Assembly: GCA_023248955.1 (NCBI GenBank)
Contig: JAHFDP010000020.1
Location: 1 to 54,451, forward strand
From: Deltaproteobacteria bacterium
GTDB lineage: Bacteria > Myxococcota > Myxococcia > Myxococcales > JAHFDP01
DNA: 54,451 nucleotides
Direction of reading: 5' to 3'
Made by a program: the position numbers and the translations under genes. A model generated the notes under the pieces. That model did no database searches. It saw only the letters and a list, made by a program, of their open reading frames with translations, and was not told the DNA's origin. Shown here piece after piece: positions 35,735 through 44,943 of the stretch (its first letter is position 1; each line of letters starts with the position of its first letter).

Positions 35735-38566
35735 TTACGGAGCAGCGAGGAAGTTGGCCGCTTCGAGCTGAGCCGCGGTTGTGACGGTTGCCTCGTCCGT
35801 GCTCGACGAGGAGTTCCAGATGGTGAAAAAGGGATGGCGATTGATCGGAAGGGTCGTGCTCCCGGTCGAGAAATAGGTCGTGGGTGTTACGCCGATCAGA
35901 TTCGCGTAAGCAGTCGTGGTGAGGTTTGGTACCACTTGATCGTCAACGGCCTCCTGCATCAAGACACCTTTGGTCGGCACATTGACGGCGTGTCCAAGAA
36001 CAGCAGAGGCGACGAGATCAGGGAGCGCGAGTTGCGAGTGGGTGAGCGATTGCGCGAACGACATCGGATCCGCGGGATCCAAAATCCATTTTGCGGTGTT
36101 GATGAATTGCGCGAAGCCCGCCGGGTTGGTGGTTTTGTCGAGTCCATTTGCCGCTAAGATTCCCGAGACCGCTGCTTGGAAATTTGGCGAGTTGACGAAG
36201 ATGTCGACGAGCGACGCACCTCCGACATTGAGTACCGTCTTTCCAATGCGCGACTCGGTTGCCGCGATGACGGCGCCGCGGATCGCGCCCATCGACTGGC
36301 CGACGTAAACAACTTCCGCGCCGTTGACGTTGGGCGACAGGTCGAGGCCGAACGAAACGGCGTTGGCTTCCAACACTCGAATCAACTGGCTGTAGTCGAT
36401 GAGATCCTGACGGATCACGTCGCGAATCTGGAAAAGGTTCGCGGAGAGAAATCCGTTGCCGCTGGCAACCGGGCGGCTGAGCGGACCGCTCTCGCGCTTA
36501 AGCAGCGCGCCAGCGAGTTCGGATTCACAGGCGAGTCCTTGCGCGTCCACGGCCTTCATCGGATCGCAGCCGGCCGTCACGCATTTGCCGAGCAACACCG
36601 TCGGTCCGAGCGCCGTTGACGCGCTCACACAGGATGACCCGCTCGCGCACTCGTTGTCGCCGTTGCAATGTGCGCGATCGCCTTCAAGGGCCGAGTCGAT
36701 GGCTACCGTGGCAAATCCTTTGGCGGCAAACGCGTCTGCCACGGCAGTTGCCGCGTTGCGCGATCCGGCGAGGCCGTGGTGGAAAATCACCACGCGCGAA
36801 GGGCCGGCTCCCTTCGGGCGGTACAGGGTGAAGTTCAAATCTTCGCGGTGCGCCGCCGCCGGATCAAACGCGCCGTAGGTCGGCGAGAGCAGCGAAATCG
36901 TGGCGAACGTTCCGACAATCGTGTCTTTGATGTGTGACGAGGGCGTAACGGCTGGGTCGTAGCCGTTGGCGCCGACGGCGTGCGCAGCATCGAGCTGTGT
37001 GGTTCCGCCGCAATCCAAAACGCTCTTCGGTCCCACCGAGCAGTGTGCGCCGGTCGGAAGCGCGCCGAACCCGGGAACATTGAAGGGCAACGCACGAAGT
37101 TGCGCCGCCGGAGCCTGAATGGATTGCGTGGTGAACGTCCACACCAGCGCGATTTGATCGCTGGTGATGCCCTTCGTTCCCAGCAGCGCAACGACCGGCG
37201 CCATTGCTTGGCGCAGCGCTTCGCCCGCGGCCGCTGACTTGTCATCGATGCCCGGCACGACGGATTTCCCGGCGCCGTCCACCAGCGCGACTTTCGCGAG
37301 CACCAACGCCTGCGCCGGAGATGGTAAGAGTTGCAACTTGTCGTTGGCGTTTTTCACGCCGGTGGTGATGACCGCGATGTAGGTGGTCGCTTCCGAGAGC
37401 GGTCGAGTCGGACGAATCGCGATGGTCTTCGCTCCCAAATCGACGCCCGGTAACCCCGCTGTTTCACCGGGCACGCCGACGGTCACGTTCGTCACCGGCG
37501 TCAGGCCGGTCGCGCCAACTTGAAACAACTTCACGGTGTCGTTCGTCACGAAGGCCGGATCGATGGCGCTGGTGGTGGTCGCCGTGATGTCAGCGGTGGT
37601 GGAGAAACCATCGAGCGTGTTGAGTCCCGCGGTCAGCGTTTGAAGCGGTGCGGGCTGCGTCGGATCGATCGGAATGTTCACGTGCGCAGGCGCGGTTGCC
37701 GTGGCGGGAGTGCGCACGATGTCGTTCGGAAAAGGAATCGTGTTGGTGGAGGGATCAAGTCCACTGAGTGGATTTCCCGTCACTTTGAACGTCCACATCA
37801 GCGCCAATTCTTTGTGCGGAATGTAGGCGTCCGTCACCAGAAACGCAGGCGTGTAGTTTGTTCGCAAAAGTTCCAATCCCGCGGCGGATGCGTCGTCGAG
37901 GCCATCGACCGTTGACTTGTTGTTGTTCTTCACATCGATGAGTGGGCGATCTTGCACGAGCAAAAAGAAAGGCACTTCGGGAACGATGGGATTTCCTGCT
38001 GCGTCCCACACGCCGCGCTTTTTCCCGTTCTTCCCAATGCTGCCCGCACGCAGTTGCGCGATGTACTGGTGGCCCGCTTCCCACGCGGGATGCACGCCAT
38101 TCGCATCGGCCTTGCGCGAGACGGAAAGCTTGCCGGTCGTCTTGTCGTAGCTGTGCTCGATGTCGATCGGACCGGGCTTACCGACGTCGAAGATAATGAG
38201 GTTGGCAGTTCCGGAATCGCGCGACGCGGAATCGTCGACGAGCGTGTCTTCCTGAAGCGCGAGGCCAGTTTCGGGCACGCCAATTTTCGCGCCGTCGGGC
38301 GTGAGCGTTCCGAAGAGGCACGTCGCCGGTGTCGCCGAGGGCGGGAAGCCGTTGATGGTTTGCAGGTACTTGATGAAGAGCTTGGTTTGATCCGACGAAT
38401 CGGCCGGCGCGCCCAAGGCGAGAATGATGTCGTTGGGCAGCGGCAGCACCGATGCATCGCGCGGATCGAAGCGCGCAAACGTCACGGGCTGAAGCGCGTT
38501 TTGCTCTACGTCGGGCGAGCAGGCGGCAAGGGCGAGCGACAAAGCTGCAAGACGAGACGGTCGCAT
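35735..38566 (-). CDS. Large (943-aa) lipoprotein with C-terminal alpha/beta-hydrolase (lipase/esterase) domain
   Basis: Lipobox 'LALAAC' after 'MRPSRLAALS'. GGAGG SD upstream. 'VVIFHHGLAGSRN' and nucleophile elbow 'YVGQSMGAI'. Confidence 0.7.
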   Translation of the reverse strand: MRPSRLAALSLALAACSPDVEQNALQPVTFARFDPRDASVLPLPNDIILALGAPADSSDQTKLFIKYLQTINGFPPSATPATCLFGTLTPDGAKIGVPETGLALQEDTLVDDSASRDSGTANLIIFDVGKPGPIDIEHSYDKTTGKLSVSRKADANGVHPAWEAGHQYIAQLRAGSIGKNGKKRGVWDAAGNPIVPEVPFFLLVQDRPLIDVKNNNKSTVDGLDDASAAGLELLRTNYTPAFLVTDAYIPHKELALMWTFKVTGNPLSGLDPSTNTIPFPNDIVRTPATATAPAHVNIPIDPTQPAPLQTLTAGLNTLDGFSTTADITATTTSAIDPAFVTNDTVKLFQVGATGLTPVTNVTVGVPGETAGLPGVDLGAKTIAIRPTRPLSEATTYIAVITTGVKNANDKLQLLPSPAQALVLAKVALVDGAGKSVVPGIDDKSAAAGEALRQAMAPVVALLGTKGITSDQIALVWTFTTQSIQAPAAQLRALPFNVPGFGALPTGAHCSVGPKSVLDCGGTTQLDAAHAVGANGYDPAVTPSSHIKDTIVGTFATISLLSPTYGAFDPAAAHREDLNFTLYRPKGAGPSRVVIFHHGLAGSRNAATAVADAFAAKGFATVAIDSALEGDRAHCNGDNECASGSSCVSASTALGPTVLLGKCVTAGCDPMKAVDAQGLACESELAGALLKRESGPLSRPVASGNGFLSANLFQIRDVIRQDLIDYSQLIRVLEANAVSFGLDLSPNVNGAEVVYVGQSMGAIRGAVIAATESRIGKTVLNVGGASLVDIFVNSPNFQAAVSGILAANGLDKTTNPAGFAQFINTAKWILDPADPMSFAQSLTHSQLALPDLVASAVLGHAVNVPTKGVLMQEAVDDQVVPNLTTTAYANLIGVTPTTYFSTGSTTLPINRHPFFTIWNSSSSTDEATVTTAAQLEAANFLAAP

Positions 38567-38646
38567 GAATCCTCCGAAGGCGTGTTGGCGGTGTCGTCTT
38601 GCAAGCGCCGTGTTGTCAAGGCACCGAGCAGAGATATGCTTGGTGC

Positions 38647-39609
38647 ATGACGCTCCATCCGGTGGCTGACGAACTCCTGTTCCGCGATTCGGCTGCGGAT
38701 GATCCACGCCTTGGTTCGCTGGTGAAAACGGGCACCCTAGACGACGCGCGATCGCTCAAGCCAACGGTGGCGCTAATCGGACTGCCTGATGATCGTGGCA
38801 TCGTTGCGGGTAGCGGACGCGCCGGTGCGGCGGCTGGACCCACGGCGCTGCGGCGCATTTTTTACAAGATGACGCTGGGCGATCACGACGAACTCAGAGG
38901 ATGCGTGTTGTTCGATGCGGGCGATGTTGCATTGGCGCCCACGGTGGAGGAGACGCACGCTCACGCCGAGACCGCGGTATCGGAACTGTTGTCCACGGGT
39001 GCGCGGGTAGTGCTCCTCGGCGGCGGGCATGATGGCGCGTACGCGAGTCAAGCGGCATTGCTTGCGTCGCTCCCGCCCGAAGCGCGTGGTTCGGTGGTGA
39101 ATGTGGATGCACACTTAGATGTACGTCCGCTCAAAGACGGGACGATCATCACCAGCGGTACGGCGTTCCGGCGACTAGCCGATCGCTTTGGTGCGCGGCT
39201 AAAACTCGTGGAACTGGCCTCGCAGCCGCAGGTGACGGCGTCCGCACATCGCTGGTTTCTTGAGCAACGGGGCGACGTCGTGCAGTCGCTTCCCGAACTC
39301 CGCACGCACGCGCACGGCGTGGGAGCGGCGATGCGGTCAGCGCTCTCGGCTGCAGCATGGGCAACGACCGTCGGCGTATCGTTGTGTTTGGATAGCGTGC
39401 GTGCCGCGGACGCACCCGGTGTTTCCGCGCCGCAGCCGGATGGGCTTTCGGCCGCTGAATTTCTCGAGGTGGCGCAAGCCGCGGGCGAACATCGGCAGGT
39501 TCGTGTTTTGGATGTGGTGGAGCTTTCACCGCCGTTCGATCACGATGGACGAACGGCGCGTCTTGCGGCGCTAGCGGTGTGGCGTTTCTGCGCGGCTACG
39601 GTGCGCTAA
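38647..39609 (+). CDS. Arginase-family ureohydrolase (formiminoglutamase/agmatinase-like)
   Basis: Mn-binding motifs 'LLGGGHDGAY', 'VNVDAHLDVR', 'SLCLDSV', 'VLDVVELSPPFD'. Confidence 0.7.
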   Translation: MTLHPVADELLFRDSAADDPRLGSLVKTGTLDDARSLKPTVALIGLPDDRGIVAGSGRAGAAAGPTALRRIFYKMTLGDHDELRGCVLFDAGDVALAPTVEETHAHAETAVSELLSTGARVVLLGGGHDGAYASQAALLASLPPEARGSVVNVDAHLDVRPLKDGTIITSGTAFRRLADRFGARLKLVELASQPQVTASAHRWFLEQRGDVVQSLPELRTHAHGVGAAMRSALSAAAWATTVGVSLCLDSVRAADAPGVSAPQPDGLSAAEFLEVAQAAGEHRQVRVLDVVELSPPFDHDGRTARLAALAVWRFCAATVR

Positions 39610-39851
39610 TTTTTTTGAACGTCGGACTCGAAAAAAGCAACGACGCGCCAGCCACCTGCGGTTTGTTCTAGCGTGATGACGGTGTTGCGAAAAAAGGCCG
39701 GACCTCCCTCTGGCTGAATACGCAAGCCATAGGAGAAGGAGACCCGTCCGCTGCTGTCGGAGCGTTGGCCCGTCTTGTCCACGTAGACGTGACTGGTTTG
39801 CGGTTCGGGTGCCGCACCGCGTGCGGGATGCGATTCTGCAGAAAGTTTCAT
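39606..39851 (-). CDS. Small hypothetical protein
   Basis: ORF only; overlaps the ureohydrolase stop by 4 nt. Confidence 0.25.
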   Translation of the reverse strand: MKLSAESHPARGAAPEPQTSHVYVDKTGQRSDSSGRVSFSYGLRIQPEGGPAFFRNTVITLEQTAGGWRVVAFFESDVQKN

Positions 39852-40068
39852 CTCATTTCGAATCCGATCGGCCGCGGGACCAGAAGCAAGCGCAAGCGCC
39901 TGGGGCTGATCGACCGAGACCTAGTAGCGGTCGACGAAAGCATCGCTGGCGCCCTCGGCGGAATCGATTCTCTTGGCGCAGCCGATCCCGCTGGCGACGA
40001 TGCAAGCAATGGCGAATTGCAAGGGACCCTCGGTTGCGCGCCCGGTCGCGAAAGGCGAAAAGACGAGT

Positions 40069-40659
40069 ATGAAGATCTACACTAAACGAGGCGACGACGG
40101 CTCAACCGGCCTCTACGGATCGCCGACTCGAGTTGCCAAAAACGATCTCCGCGTTTCCGTCTACGGAGAAGTAGATGAGCTGAACGCGGTCTTGGGGCTG
40201 TGCCGAGCGGTATGGCAGGAGCGTGCGGCCCACACCGCTCCGCCAGGCAGCGTTGATCTCGATGTCGTTTTGGCGCGCCTCCAAGACGAACTTTTTCGAC
40301 TGGGAAGCGAGCTGGCCACGCCTGAAGGCGTCATGCCGCCGCCCCACCTCGCGCTCATTGCGATCGTGGACAGCGAGCGGATGGAGCGTGAAATCGATGC
40401 GCTGGAATTGGAGCTCGCGCCGTTGAAAAGTTTCATTCTCCCGGGTGGTTCGCAGGGCGCGGCGCACCTGCACGTGGCTCGGGTCGTTTGTCGCCGCGCC
40501 GAGCGAAGACTGGTGGAGTTCGCGGCGCGGACAACGTTGCGCGCGGAGGTGTTGACGTACGTGAATCGCCTGAGCGACCTGCTCTTTACTATGGCGCGCG
40601 CGGCCAACCACCGACTTGGTGCAGAAGAGACGAAGTGGGAGCCGAGAAAGCAGGCTTGA
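40069..40659 (+). CDS. PduO-type ATP:cob(I)alamin adenosyltransferase
   Basis: 'MKIYTKRGDDGSTGL.....V.K.DLRVSVYGEVDELNAVLGL'. Confidence 0.8.
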   Translation: MKIYTKRGDDGSTGLYGSPTRVAKNDLRVSVYGEVDELNAVLGLCRAVWQERAAHTAPPGSVDLDVVLARLQDELFRLGSELATPEGVMPPPHLALIAIVDSERMEREIDALELELAPLKSFILPGGSQGAAHLHVARVVCRRAERRLVEFAARTTLRAEVLTYVNRLSDLLFTMARAANHRLGAEETKWEPRKQA

Positions 40660-40716
40660 GCGATGCTGTGGTATTGGAAAAGAGTGGTGGACAGATTTCG
40701 ATTGGAAGGAGCGACA

Positions 40717-41145
40717 ATGGTCGATGCAGGAAAGCAGGCGCCCGATTTCTCGCTGATGGGCGATGACGGTAAGCCCTTCAGCCTCAAGGACGTGCGCGGT
40801 CAGCAGGTCATCCTCTGGTTTTACCCGATGGCCGACACCCCTGGTTGAACGAAGGAGGCTTGCGCCTTCCGCGACGTGCTCGCGGACATTCACAACAAGA
40901 CAGCAATTGTGGTCGGTGTTTCCCCGGACGCTGCGGCGGAGCAGCAGGCGTTTCGCGTGAAGTACAATTTGAATTTTCCGCTCCTGTGCGACATCGAGCG
41001 GAAGGTGGGGACGCTCTACGGCAATTACGACGGGGCGAAGTATTGGCGCAGTACGTTTCTGATTGGGGCTGATGGAATCGTGAAAAAAGTTTGGCCCAAG
41101 GTGAAAGTCGAAGGACACGCTAGCGAAGTCCTTGCCGCGCTCTAG
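40717..41145 (+). CDS. Bcp-type peroxiredoxin with in-frame UGA at the peroxidatic-Cys position (candidate selenoprotein; TGA 40846-40848)
   Basis: 'KQAPDFSL....GKPFSLKDVRGQQVILWFYPMADTPG[TGA]TKEACAFRD' is the Prx 'PxDxTPGC-T-x-E-AC' active site, with TGA where the Cys codon would be. The same frame continues to TAG 41143. GGAAGGAG SD before ATG 40717. Hairpin GAAGGAGGC-ttgc-GCCTTCC begins 4 nt after the TGA. Confidence 0.6.
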
Positions 41146-41508
41146 ATGAACGAACGAATTCCTCTCGGCGGTTTGCAAGAAAGGCAGAGCGTCCGTTTTG
41201 CGCTTCCTGCCGGTCGAGAGGGATTCGCGTTCATGCTCGATGGTGTTTGCCGGGCCTATCTCAATCAATGTGTGCATCGTGCTCAGCCTGTTGATGTTGG
41301 TGACGGGCAAGTGCTGACCAAGGATGGATTCCTGGAATGTGGTGCACATGGGGCCCTCTACAATCCAGTGGATGGTTCTTGCGCGGGTGGTCCATGCACC
41401 GGTGGTGGTTTGACGGCGATAAAGCTGGAACGTGATGGAGACGCGCTCTTCGCACTCGCCCTAGAGATTGAGCCTCCCGAGGATCTTTACGAGCTGTCGC
41501 TCGAGTAG
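41146..41508 (+). CDS. Rieske [2Fe-2S] domain protein
   Basis: 'CVHR' (CxH) ... 'CGAHG' (CxxH) 17 residues apart. Start abuts the peroxiredoxin stop. Confidence 0.7.
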   Translation: MNERIPLGGLQERQSVRFALPAGREGFAFMLDGVCRAYLNQCVHRAQPVDVGDGQVLTKDGFLECGAHGALYNPVDGSCAGGPCTGGGLTAIKLERDGDALFALALEIEPPEDLYELSLE

Positions 41509-41517
41509 ACTCTCGGC

Positions 41518-42954
41518 TTGACTCCACGCGCTCGCATCCGCGTTCGACTCCGCCAACATGACGTGGAGTCATTGCGTGCGAATTTCCATCCACTCACGCG
41601 TTCCGGGGCCTCGTTTCCGTCCGCAAGATCGCACCTTACTGGGGCCGCGGTTGAGGTCTTGTTCGCATTTGCAGGAGGCGAGGTCGCCTTTACCGCTCTC
41701 GGTGAGGTGCAATCCCAAGGCAACGGTCTGGTCGAAGTACGATTTGATTCCTTGGATGCTCTTGGAAAAGCACTTTGGGCCGAACTTTTCCCTGGCTGCG
41801 AATTGGGAAAATCGCTCGGCACACCCAGACCGTTCGCGATCGAAATTGGTTGGGGCGTCCTTAGTGCCTGCCTTAATCGCGATGGCGAGTTGGTCCATGT
41901 GACTGTACCTTTTTCCATCCAAGATACGCTCGCGTTGATGTGCCTTGGGCTCGCGCGAGGGTCGCCGCGCTTGCAAGCGCTGAACGAGAAGATCGTCGGT
42001 AAGTCCGGTCGTTCCGTCATCGAGGTTTTACCGGATGTTCGTCGCTCAATTGAGCGAAGTTCCGATGGACCGCTCGGCGCCGCTGTCTGGCTCGTGCCAG
42101 CTTCATTTACCTTTGCACAGAGGGCCGCGTTGAGGATCTCGGCAACGGCCGCTGGTCTTCCTGTTTCGGCGTTTTTTCCGCTAACGATGGGTCTCGGCGC
42201 CGCTTTCTCATTCGGGAAGCGTTGGACTGGCCGCCGAATCCTGGCAATCAACGCAAGCCAAACGATGTCGGAAGCGGCGCTAATCGTCGCGAAAGGAGAC
42301 CAGCTGGTAGCCGAGGCAGTTACTTGCGCAGCTCTCCCAGAGAACGTTTCGATTAACGAATTGATGCGAAGCCTCAGGAGTGAAAGGATAGATGCCGTTC
42401 TCCTTGCTGGAGACAGTGTCCAAACTTTAGGAAAAAGTGGCGGCAGCCTCGCCCCCGAAGAAGTCCTCCCGGAATGGGCTACCGTGGAAGGTGGCGCGTA
42501 CCTCGCCGCCGCGCTAGCGGAAGGTGCGCAGCCAGCCCTGGATATCTTGTCGGAGCCCATCGCCCTGGCGCAATCAGATGGCTCTCTCGTTCCTTTGATC
42601 ACCGCTTGCTCCTCGCTGCCTATGCAGCGTGCCTTAGAGATCGAGATTGCTAGATCGACCTATCTCTCGCTCTACAGCGGAGGGACGACCGTCAAATCCG
42701 CTGAGCTCATTTTTCACGCAGAAGTCCATGGTCCACGGGTCGTCCATCTTTCCCTGCACGTCGACTCCTTTGGATTCCACGTGCAGCTTTTTGATCGAGA
42801 AGGCACTTCGGTTCCCCTTCGCGTGCTTGAAAGTGATGCAATGCACGCTAGTGAGAGGCTTATTGCAGCTCCCAAGCCAACGGTTTACGAGCGACGCCAC
42901 GAGTTGTGGAGACTTTTGAAAGAACGGTGGCGACGCTCAAGTGTCGCAAATTGA
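41518..42954 (+). CDS. PilZ-like N-terminal domain fused to a degenerate Hsp70/actin-fold ATPase-like domain
   Basis: 'RARIRVR...LTRSGASF' has RxxxR and DxSxGG-like features. 'AVWLVPASFTFAQRAALRISATAAGLPVSAFFPLTMGLGAAF.....RRILAINASQT' aligns with DnaK '[41 protein letters not shown].....IAVYDLGGGT', but the DxGGGT phosphate loop is replaced. Confidence 0.5.
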   Translation: MTPRARIRVRLRQHDVESLRANFHPLTRSGASFPSARSHLTGAAVEVLFAFAGGEVAFTALGEVQSQGNGLVEVRFDSLDALGKALWAELFPGCELGKSLGTPRPFAIEIGWGVLSACLNRDGELVHVTVPFSIQDTLALMCLGLARGSPRLQALNEKIVGKSGRSVIEVLPDVRRSIERSSDGPLGAAVWLVPASFTFAQRAALRISATAAGLPVSAFFPLTMGLGAAFSFGKRWTGRRILAINASQTMSEAALIVAKGDQLVAEAVTCAALPENVSINELMRSLRSERIDAVLLAGDSVQTLGKSGGSLAPEEVLPEWATVEGGAYLAAALAEGAQPALDILSEPIALAQSDGSLVPLITACSSLPMQRALEIEIARSTYLSLYSGGTTVKSAELIFHAEVHGPRVVHLSLHVDSFGFHVQLFDREGTSVPLRVLESDAMHASERLIAAPKPTVYERRHELWRLLKERWRRSSVAN

Positions 42955-43092
42955 GATTGGTCGATTCAGATTTGAGACTCGACGATTCGGCGAAACAGGC
43001 CCTACGCTCTCGCTGCAATTCCGAATGTTTCTGGCACGACAATTGAAATGCTCTCCCCAGCGCATTGACGCGCATCAAAGAGGGGGAGTGGC

Positions 43093-44898
43093 GTGCAAAC
43101 AATGGGATGGGTGCGATGTGGATTCGCGACGGGTCTGATGGCGCTTTCGTGTGCGCCGCGGCATTCTGCGGATCCGAAACCGGTAACAGGCGAAATTTTG
43201 GTGAAGCTTCGTCGTGCGGGCGAACCGCCGGCGCGGCTACCGTCAAACAGTAAAACCACTGTTATTGCCACAACCGTGCGTAGTGGGGATGAGGGTGGGC
43301 CGCTCTTGCGGTGGCCGATTTCGTCAGAGCTCGATCCTGCGGACGTTGCTCAAAGTGCTGCGCAGGATCCGGCAGTTGAGTATGCCGAGCCCGTCTATCG
43401 GTACAGCTCATTTCTTCATCCATCTGATCCCAAATACAAAGATCAATGGGCACTCAAGACGATCAACGCCGAACAGGCTTGGAGTGTCACGACCGGAAGT
43501 AAAGATGTCGTCGTTGCGATTGTAGATTCCGGCATCGATCTCAAACACGCCGATCTCAAGGCGAACATTTGGCGAAATCCAGGAGAGGTTGCCGGTAACG
43601 GCTCCGACGACGACGGAAATGGTTATGTCGATGACGTGAATGGGTGGGATTTTGTCGGCGACACCAATGATCCGTCGCCCAAGGGGGAAGACTCACCGGA
43701 GACTTGGCACGGTTCGCACGTCGCGGGCACAATTGGCGCTGTCGGTAACAACAAGAAGGGTATCACCGGCGTTGCCTGGAAAGCGCAGCTCATGGCGGTT
43801 CGCGCTATCGGACCGGGGGGCGGACGAGCAGACCAGTTGGCCGCGGGAATTGACTACGCGGTAGACAATGGTGCCCGAATCATCAATGCCAGCTGGGGAG
43901 GTTCTTCGCGAAGCGAAACCATCGCCAGGGCAATCGCTCGCGCGGGTCGTTCTGGCGTCCTCTTTGTCGCGGCAGCAGGAAATGACAGTGCAGAAGGCGC
44001 CGGCTTTCCAGCCAACCTAACTAACCGAAACATCATTTCGGTCGGAGCATCAGCTCCCGACGACAGCTTGGCTGATTTTTCCAATCGAGGGTCTGGAGTC
44101 ATGGTTGCTGCTCCCGGGGTATCGATTCTCAGCACCACCGCGCCGGGCCGGTATGAGCTCCTGGACGGTACCTCGATGGCTGCACCGCACGTGAGCGGCC
44201 TGGCAGCGCTCCTTTTGGCTGATGACTCGACACTCTCCGTCAAAGCACTGCGCGATTCCATTTTTAACGGGTGCACACGACCGCCAGCGCTTGTCGAAAC
44301 TCGATACGGGAGAATTGATGCTGGGCAATCCCTTTCGTTGGTCAAGGGGGTCAGCGTGAATGCTTCGAAACTTCTTGCCTCGCGCAATGCGATCTCGCTG
44401 CGTGCAGCGCCTGGGGGCAAAAGCCGCTCGTCGTCGCTCAAACTTCGGGGAGAGGATGGATCCGCGGTTAAGTGGACGGCCGCAAGCGATCAGCCGTGGC
44501 TCGCGCTTTCAGCGACGGAAGGCGTAACGCCTTCCCAATTGACAATCTCGGCGGATGCTTCAGCCTTCGCGCAGGGTACTCAGCAGGCAATCATCACGAT
44601 TTCAGATGGAAGTGGCGCCACGACAATATCGACCGCGCTCGAAGTTGGAGAAGTTCCCCGTTTGGCAATCGCTGCGACGGGCGGGTGCGCTCTTCAGGGC
44701 ACAATTTTGGATGCCAAGGCAGGCAAGCCCTGTGCGCTCTCGGTCGATGGTAACGAGGAGGCCCACGCGCGGTGGGACATCGATGGACAGGTGGTGCTCG
44801 GTAAGAGCGTTCTGCTGAGCCTCGTTCCTGACGCGCGAACGATTTCCCTGAGGGTGGGTTTGGAAAAGCTCGATGTTCAAGTCAGGGTGTCGCCATGA
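43093..44898 (+). CDS. Secreted subtilisin-like serine protease (peptidase S8) with C-terminal extension
   Basis: Signal peptide. Asp box 'VAIVDSGID', His box 'HGSHVAGTIGA', Ser box 'GTSMAAPHVSG'. Confidence 0.85.
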   Translation: MQTMGWVRCGFATGLMALSCAPRHSADPKPVTGEILVKLRRAGEPPARLPSNSKTTVIATTVRSGDEGGPLLRWPISSELDPADVAQSAAQDPAVEYAEPVYRYSSFLHPSDPKYKDQWALKTINAEQAWSVTTGSKDVVVAIVDSGIDLKHADLKANIWRNPGEVAGNGSDDDGNGYVDDVNGWDFVGDTNDPSPKGEDSPETWHGSHVAGTIGAVGNNKKGITGVAWKAQLMAVRAIGPGGGRADQLAAGIDYAVDNGARIINASWGGSSRSETIARAIARAGRSGVLFVAAAGNDSAEGAGFPANLTNRNIISVGASAPDDSLADFSNRGSGVMVAAPGVSILSTTAPGRYELLDGTSMAAPHVSGLAALLLADDSTLSVKALRDSIFNGCTRPPALVETRYGRIDAGQSLSLVKGVSVNASKLLASRNAISLRAAPGGKSRSSSLKLRGEDGSAVKWTAASDQPWLALSATEGVTPSQLTISADASAFAQGTQQAIITISDGSGATTISTALEVGEVPRLAIAATGGCALQGTILDAKAGKPCALSVDGNEEAHARWDIDGQVVLGKSVLLSLVPDARTISLRVGLEKLDVQVRVSP

Positions 44899-44943
44899 TT
44901 CCGCGCTGGACATCGTTTCCGTCCGCACCGTACGCTCGCGGCA

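Noticed and set aside
40846-40848. TGA in the peroxiredoxin interpreted as a simple nonsense mutation or pseudogene
   Set aside because: Not favoured. The stop is exactly at the catalytic Cys codon (a single-nucleotide Cys/Sec difference), both halves of the enzyme are otherwise intact and in the same frame, and a hairpin follows. A pseudogene remains possible if no Sec machinery exists in the genome.
41487-42602. 371-aa minus-strand ORF antisense to the PilZ/Hsp70-like gene
   Set aside because: Ser/Ala/Arg-rich low complexity. The sense-strand ORF shows the Hsp70 ATPase-domain pattern.
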